DNA of 64,000 bases from a virus, in the IMG/VR virus record IMGVR_UViG_3300020463_000013, positions 1 through 64,000 of that record; one strand, given 5' to 3'. The position numbers and the translations under genes are program-made. Of the stretch, positions 59,308 to 64,000 are shown piece by piece; the stretch's first letter is position 1; the number at the start of each line of letters is the position of its first letter. The notes below the pieces were generated by a model. It had not been told where the DNA came from and made no database searches. It saw only the letters and a program-made list of their open reading frames with translations.

Positions 59308-61839
59308 TTACCTTGCCCCTTTAACGTCTTGTTTGTTAGTGTTTACCGGAGGCAAAGGTTCTGCTTTAACATTTGTACCGTCTGGCTGTAATTCTAGACT
59401 TGCAAGTCTAGGATATCCACCATTTATTAATTTGTAAACATAACCACTTCCTGTTTTTCTACGTTCTGGAGTTTCATTAGCTTTGTCAGCGTATCCTACT
59501 GCTACTTCAAACTGTTTTGCAAGACTACCAAGGTTATTACTGTCCCAACTAATTTTTTTTGATTGCAAATAAGCAACAGCAATATCTGTTGCAACTACTG
59601 GATCATTTGCAAGATCAGGATTTTCAACTATCTCAGGATGTCCCGATTTCTTACCATAAGTGCTATAGTTGGCCTTAAAGGTAATTTGTATCATTCCGCG
59701 TCCGCGATATTTGTACCCTTCATTACTTGCATTTCCTAATCTATTTCCGTATACAGTGTTACCTATAGTTGCAGGTTTACGTGCTATCCTATCTGCAATA
59801 TTTCTAACTTGTGATCTAGTAACCATCTTTGTGCCTTTGCCAGAGATATTAAATTCTTTTTTAGCGGCTAATTTTAATCTATAACTAAAGACAGCTACTA
59901 ATGCATCACTACTGTAATTTAAATTTTCGCTTCTTGGTTCAAAGTTACACTCATGACTAATTTGCGCCATTGCCATTGCAACTGCTTCAGCGTTGCCTCC
60001 GTCCTTAGCACTTTTAGTTTCATCTAATCCTAGTTTAGTACAAAGTTGATTTACAAAGTATCTTTCCATTTTCTCAGGAGCCGCAGGTTTGTTTGGTTGC
60101 TTTCCTATTTCTCCTTCTTGTCCTGGTACAATACCATCACTTGTAATTTCAACTGTTTTTCCATTTCTTGTTTCTGTCTTTGCATTTACAGCGGCATTTG
60201 TTTCGTCACTCTTTTCTGCATTTTCTGTTTCAACAGGCGGAGTTGTGTTCCTGTTGACATAACTAGGTGCTTCACTTGCAGAAGTGTTTGTAGCTGTAAA
60301 AATAGTAGGGTCTAAATGTTCATGTCCTAACCAAGGTTCGTGCTCTGGTAGACGAACAGGGAACAGTGCATCGGTTGCTTTTTTTGCTTTAGGTGAAACT
60401 TCTGCATCTTCTGCTTTTGCTGCAGGTTCAGATGGATTAAGGTCTATAGTCGATCCTGTAATTTTTGTTGCGCCAGTTGTATGAATATCTAACTTACCCT
60501 CTTGAAATATACGTGTATCTGTTCCAGTTTTAATATCGAGTTTGGTTTTAGTTTGAATACTAGTTGCTTCTTCAACTTTAATATCTAACGACATTTCTGT
60601 TGTAAGTTTTCCATTTTCTGTGACACTAATGTTAAGATCTTTACCAGTGCTTATATTAGCATCATCACCTATAATCATATTAAGTTCAGCACCTACTTCA
60701 AAATTCATATCTATCCCGGTTTTAATATCTGTCTTTTTTCCGGATGTAATTTTAGTATTATCACCTGCATTTAAATTAAAACTTTTTCCTGCATACATGT
60801 TAATATCTCTATCAGCAGAAATATTTAGATCTAGTTCGGTGTGTAAACTAATACTGTCTCTGCTATACACATCAATTTTTCCCAAACTTGTAAGTTCTAT
60901 CCAAGCACTGCCTTTTGCATTACCTATGTAAATTAGGTCTTCTGAATTATGTAAAAGTATTTGATGTCCTGTACGTGTACGCAGTCTAACAAGTTCGTTG
61001 TGCGGCACATCTGCAAAACCTTTTTTGTCTTTATCTTCTTCAACACTAATATATTCAGCTTTTGTTTCGCTTGCATAACCTGTACGTAAAATTGCAGGAT
61101 CGCCGTCGTCCATTACAAATGTTGATCCGCCAAGCCTGTTAAAATATCGTTGTGATCCTCCTGCTCTAGGATCACCATATTTTGCTCTTGGTGCACCATC
61201 TCGTCTGTCTTCTGGTCCTGGAGTACTCCAACCAAATACCATACTAGGCACTTCACGTCTAGCACTAGAAGTAGTTGTACCTCTAATACTGTCATCGAGC
61301 AAACCTTGCGTCATATAATTAAATTCTGCATCCTCAGAATAAGGCTTGATAAATTTAGTTGGATTTTTTCCTGCACCCGATTCTAATTTTTTATTGTATT
61401 CGCCTACAGGATATGGTTTAGAAGTATCTTTATCATTATAAAAACTGCTTGCCATTCCTGGTAACATAAAGTTCATGTACTCATCTTGTACACAACCAAT
61501 CCAGTATCCTCTACTTCTATTTCCTTCAGCAAAAATTACAAGCACTTGTGTACCTATGTCTGGTGGTATCGCCCACATACCATAACTCTTTTGTGTGTAT
61601 TTGTATCCTTTATTTTTTGTAAGTCCTGCATAAGGAGTTACACCATAAAAAGGCGACATATATTTTACAGTGATTATTTCACCAGTACCTTGAGTGCTGT
61701 TACCGCTACTTACAATTTTTAGAAGTTCAACTTCTAATGTACCCATGTATTTTGCATCTAGATGATTTATTACTTTTGCAAGATATGGTCCTGGATCGCG
61801 TACCTGTTTAGAAGTACCGGATCTACTTTGTTCAGACAT
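59308..61839 (-). CDS. gp5: gp5-like central spike with C-terminal GH19 lysozyme
   Basis: OB-fold (PPDIGTQVLVIF, YWIGC), RTRTGHQ, beta-helix repeats, then AQISHEC...ENLNYS...YRGRGMIQIT..NY. Confidence 0.85.
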   Translation of the reverse strand: MSEQSRSGTSKQVRDPGPYLAKVINHLDAKYMGTLEVELLKIVSSGNSTQGTGEIITVKYMSPFYGVTPYAGLTKNKGYKYTQKSYGMWAIPPDIGTQVLVIFAEGNRSRGYWIGCVQDEYMNFMLPGMASSFYNDKDTSKPYPVGEYNKKLESGAGKNPTKFIKPYSEDAEFNYMTQGLLDDSIRGTTTSSARREVPSMVFGWSTPGPEDRRDGAPRAKYGDPRAGGSQRYFNRLGGSTFVMDDGDPAILRTGYASETKAEYISVEEDKDKKGFADVPHNELVRLRTRTGHQILLHNSEDLIYIGNAKGSAWIELTSLGKIDVYSRDSISLHTELDLNISADRDINMYAGKSFNLNAGDNTKITSGKKTDIKTGIDMNFEVGAELNMIIGDDANISTGKDLNISVTENGKLTTEMSLDIKVEEATSIQTKTKLDIKTGTDTRIFQEGKLDIHTTGATKITGSTIDLNPSEPAAKAEDAEVSPKAKKATDALFPVRLPEHEPWLGHEHLDPTIFTATNTSASEAPSYVNRNTTPPVETENAEKSDETNAAVNAKTETRNGKTVEITSDGIVPGQEGEIGKQPNKPAAPEKMERYFVNQLCTKLGLDETKSAKDGGNAEAVAMAMAQISHECNFEPRSENLNYSSDALVAVFSYRLKLAAKKEFNISGKGTKMVTRSQVRNIADRIARKPATIGNTVYGNRLGNASNEGYKYRGRGMIQITFKANYSTYGKKSGHPEIVENPDLANDPVVATDIAVAYLQSKKISWDSNNLGSLAKQFEVAVGYADKANETPERRKTGSGYVYKLINGGYPRLASLELQPDGTNVKAEPLPPVNTNKQDVKGAR

Positions 61840-64000
61840 TACAATGTACCTCTAATTCTATTGACTACTTTTTGCTCAGAAGGTTTTGCTTTACTGCCTG
61901 TACTTGCGGCCGCATCTGCAGGACCGTCAACACCAGCTGTGCTTGCACCTTGGCCTCCTGACTTATTAGCAGCGGCTGCATCAGCAGGACCGTCTATGCC
62001 TGATTTTGCATCATTAAGATTATTTTCTTCGCCACCGCTTTTCATAGATCCGTTTCCTGAACTAGAAGGGGAAACTTTTGTATCTGTATCTTGATTAGGT
62101 CTTCTCATTAATCTAAGATTTTGCGTAAACTGTCCACCACTAAAGCTATTTTCTACAAACAATACTTGATATACTCCGCTAAATGCACCTACTGGTTCTG
62201 TGCCTAATCCAGGAAAAGTCATCCAGTTTTCTCCTGTATCGATAGGTGTTCTAAAATTTAAAGTCACATCAACTTCGCTACGCTGATATTCAATAGTTCC
62301 GTCTTTAGTTAAATTAATAGTTGCAGGATCTTGTTCAGCATTATAGTTGCCCATCCCACTATCTGCAATATAATATGGATCACCCATAATTTGTAAATCA
62401 ACCATTACTAAATCTACATCACTATTTACGATTGCATCATTATATTGTCTTGCAACCTGGTTTTGCGTATGAGTTTGACCTCCACCACCTCCGCTATCAT
62501 TTTCAGGACCAGTTGTATCTATTGTAGGAGATGTACCTGTGGTACTGTTTGCCTCATTACCTTCTGATGATACTGTGGGTTGATCATCGTTGCCAGCGGC
62601 TGAATTGTTTTGTCCTGAAAGTTTGCTGTCAGCATTAAGCTGGCCTTTGTCAGCACTAAGCCCCATAAAAAAAGCATAATTTATATCTATGTTAAAATCT
62701 AAAATATCTTTGTTTACACCGGTATAAATGTAATTGTATTCTTTACATGTTTCTTGCCTAACTTTATCAAGTCCAGGAGTTGCTGTGTTTCTGTTTGCAG
62801 TTTTTGATACATGCACTTTGTATGGTATAACTTGATACACATAAACTTTTGGATAGGTTCCTTTTACATTTACTGCTTCGGGTTCATCAACAAGATATAC
62901 ATTTACTTCAATTCTGAACCAATCTACCATTCCGTTTGCATCTGGATTTTCTACATTCTCGGCTAATTGTCTACCATAGTCGCTCAGTATAAGAATTTCT
63001 TCAATTATATCTTGTATTTTTGAACCTTGTTTAAATGTAAACTTTCTTCCTTCATCGCTGATAGATAAACTTCCTCTGCTGAATACTCCTGGTTTGTCTT
63101 TTACTTCTGTAAATTTTGGTCTTCCAAAAGGAACTTCGCCTCCGTCTAGGAAACTTTTTACCATTTTACTTTTGCCTATGTCATTGATGTTAATTTCGTT
63201 TTCTGCGTTTTCTTTTATTTTTTCACCAAATTCGCTTCTTTTCAGAACAAAGCCTTTTATGTTTTGTAGTTCTCTTTCTGCTATTTCTAGCATTTCGTCA
63301 TCTTCTATGTCGCCAAATGCAAGTTTTATAGCTTTATCCTTATTTGCTTCAGAAAACTCTCTAACTTGCTCTCCTGCTTGACTTAATTTTGATTTAGTAG
63401 TTGCACCTTGTTGATTGTCTATTGCTCCTAAAAGTACATCTGTTACACTAGATAATTCTTGTGGAAATGCAATTACATACTGATCTCCTCTAGGTGTTTG
63501 TTTTGCTTCTTCGTTACGCACTTCTCTGTCATTAAGCACTGTTGATAAACTACCAGGACCACTTTGTAATAATTCACCTATTGTTGTTCCGGATAAACTT
63601 ATATCTGTTTTTACTTTTTGCACTTGATCCGTTAATGCACTTTCGTGGTAAGGTATTGCTTGCACTGTATAGTTACTTCCGCCTTCTGTAACTTTAAAAG
63701 ATACGTCTACAAAATTCAAAGGAAAAATACGTCTAGCTTTTGCTGGACGCATGTAATTACCATTATCATCAAAACCTACAAATTCAACACTTAAAACATA
63801 AGGAGCTCCAATATAATTTTTATGTCCTGCTTGCTTAGCCGCTAGATTAAGTGTTTGTAAAAACATGCCCATACTGTAAGGTTCTTGAACAGTAAAATCT
63901 ATGCTTGTTGCATTCGTTTGTTTTGTATCTGCACCCGGTGCAATAAGTGTGTTGATTGTTACTTCGTCAATAAAATATTCTACAGCACCTGTAGTTTCAA
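61839..64000 (-). CDS. baseplate hub-like protein (5' partial)
   Basis: Frame stays open to the window edge upstream of track start 63872; IMGDPYY and FSGVYQV...FSGGQFTQNL; directly upstream of gp5-like gene. Confidence 0.65.
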   Translation of the reverse strand, partial: ETTGAVEYFIDEVTINTLIAPGADTKQTNATSIDFTVQEPYSMGMFLQTLNLAAKQAGHKNYIGAPYVLSVEFVGFDDNGNYMRPAKARRIFPLNFVDVSFKVTEGGSNYTVQAIPYHESALTDQVQKVKTDISLSGTTIGELLQSGPGSLSTVLNDREVRNEEAKQTPRGDQYVIAFPQELSSVTDVLLGAIDNQQGATTKSKLSQAGEQVREFSEANKDKAIKLAFGDIEDDEMLEIAERELQNIKGFVLKRSEFGEKIKENAENEININDIGKSKMVKSFLDGGEVPFGRPKFTEVKDKPGVFSRGSLSISDEGRKFTFKQGSKIQDIIEEILILSDYGRQLAENVENPDANGMVDWFRIEVNVYLVDEPEAVNVKGTYPKVYVYQVIPYKVHVSKTANRNTATPGLDKVRQETCKEYNYIYTGVNKDILDFNIDINYAFFMGLSADKGQLNADSKLSGQNNSAAGNDDQPTVSSEGNEANSTTGTSPTIDTTGPENDSGGGGGQTHTQNQVARQYNDAIVNSDVDLVMVDLQIMGDPYYIADSGMGNYNAEQDPATINLTKDGTIEYQRSEVDVTLNFRTPIDTGENWMTFPGLGTEPVGAFSGVYQVLFVENSFSGGQFTQNLRLMRRPNQDTDTKVSPSSSGNGSMKSGGEENNLNDAKSGIDGPADAAAANKSGGQGASTAGVDGPADAAASTGSKAKPSEQKVVNRIRGTL

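Noticed and set aside
61900-62000. Duplicated DGPADAAA peptide in hub protein tail
   Set aside because: Short duplication in a low-complexity tail with no functional handle
590-63381. Numerous short antisense or alternate-frame ORFs in the track (e.g. 3615-4076, 34674-35060, 51313-51771)
   Set aside because: Nested within or largely overlapping longer motif-bearing genes, with no recognisable motifs; shadow ORFs
1-64000. Stop-codon reassignment or selenocysteine read-through
   Set aside because: Genes tile the window under the standard code, with TAA, TAG and TGA all used as stops and no evidently interrupted domains

Overview
AT-rich, densely coding segment of a large T4-like (probably jumbo) myovirus in the standard genetic code; I see no tRNA, rRNA, CRISPR, intein or IS. 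1-4137 (+): probable end of a MoxR-type ATPase, a metallopeptidase-vWA protein, four hypothetical genes and a tail fibre. 33272-64000 (-): tail/baseplate module with three paralogous fibre proteins, a 4967-aa baseplate protein, gp6-, gp25- and gp5-like genes (gp5 ends in a GH19 lysozyme) and a partial hub protein. Between them (4182-33220) is a ~29-kb, ~30-gene island of apparently cytoplasmic tailoring enzymes: 8 radical SAM proteins (2 with B12-binding-type domains), 4-5 Fe(II)/2OG oxygenases, 4-5 glycosyltransferases, 4 SGNH-like proteins, a DegT aminotransferase, a carbamoyltransferase, 2 QueC-like PP-loop domains (one fused to a radical SAM), and nitroreductase-, cysteine hydrolase-, kinase-, GNAT- and methyltransferase-like genes. 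My best candidate for an undescribed system is a phage pathway that builds an elaborately modified glycan or PTM on virion proteins, with a duplicated QueC-like/Twitch-radical SAM module. Both sigma70-type promoters and T4-late-like TAAATA elements are visible. Family calls rest on motif recognition only; no database search was run.
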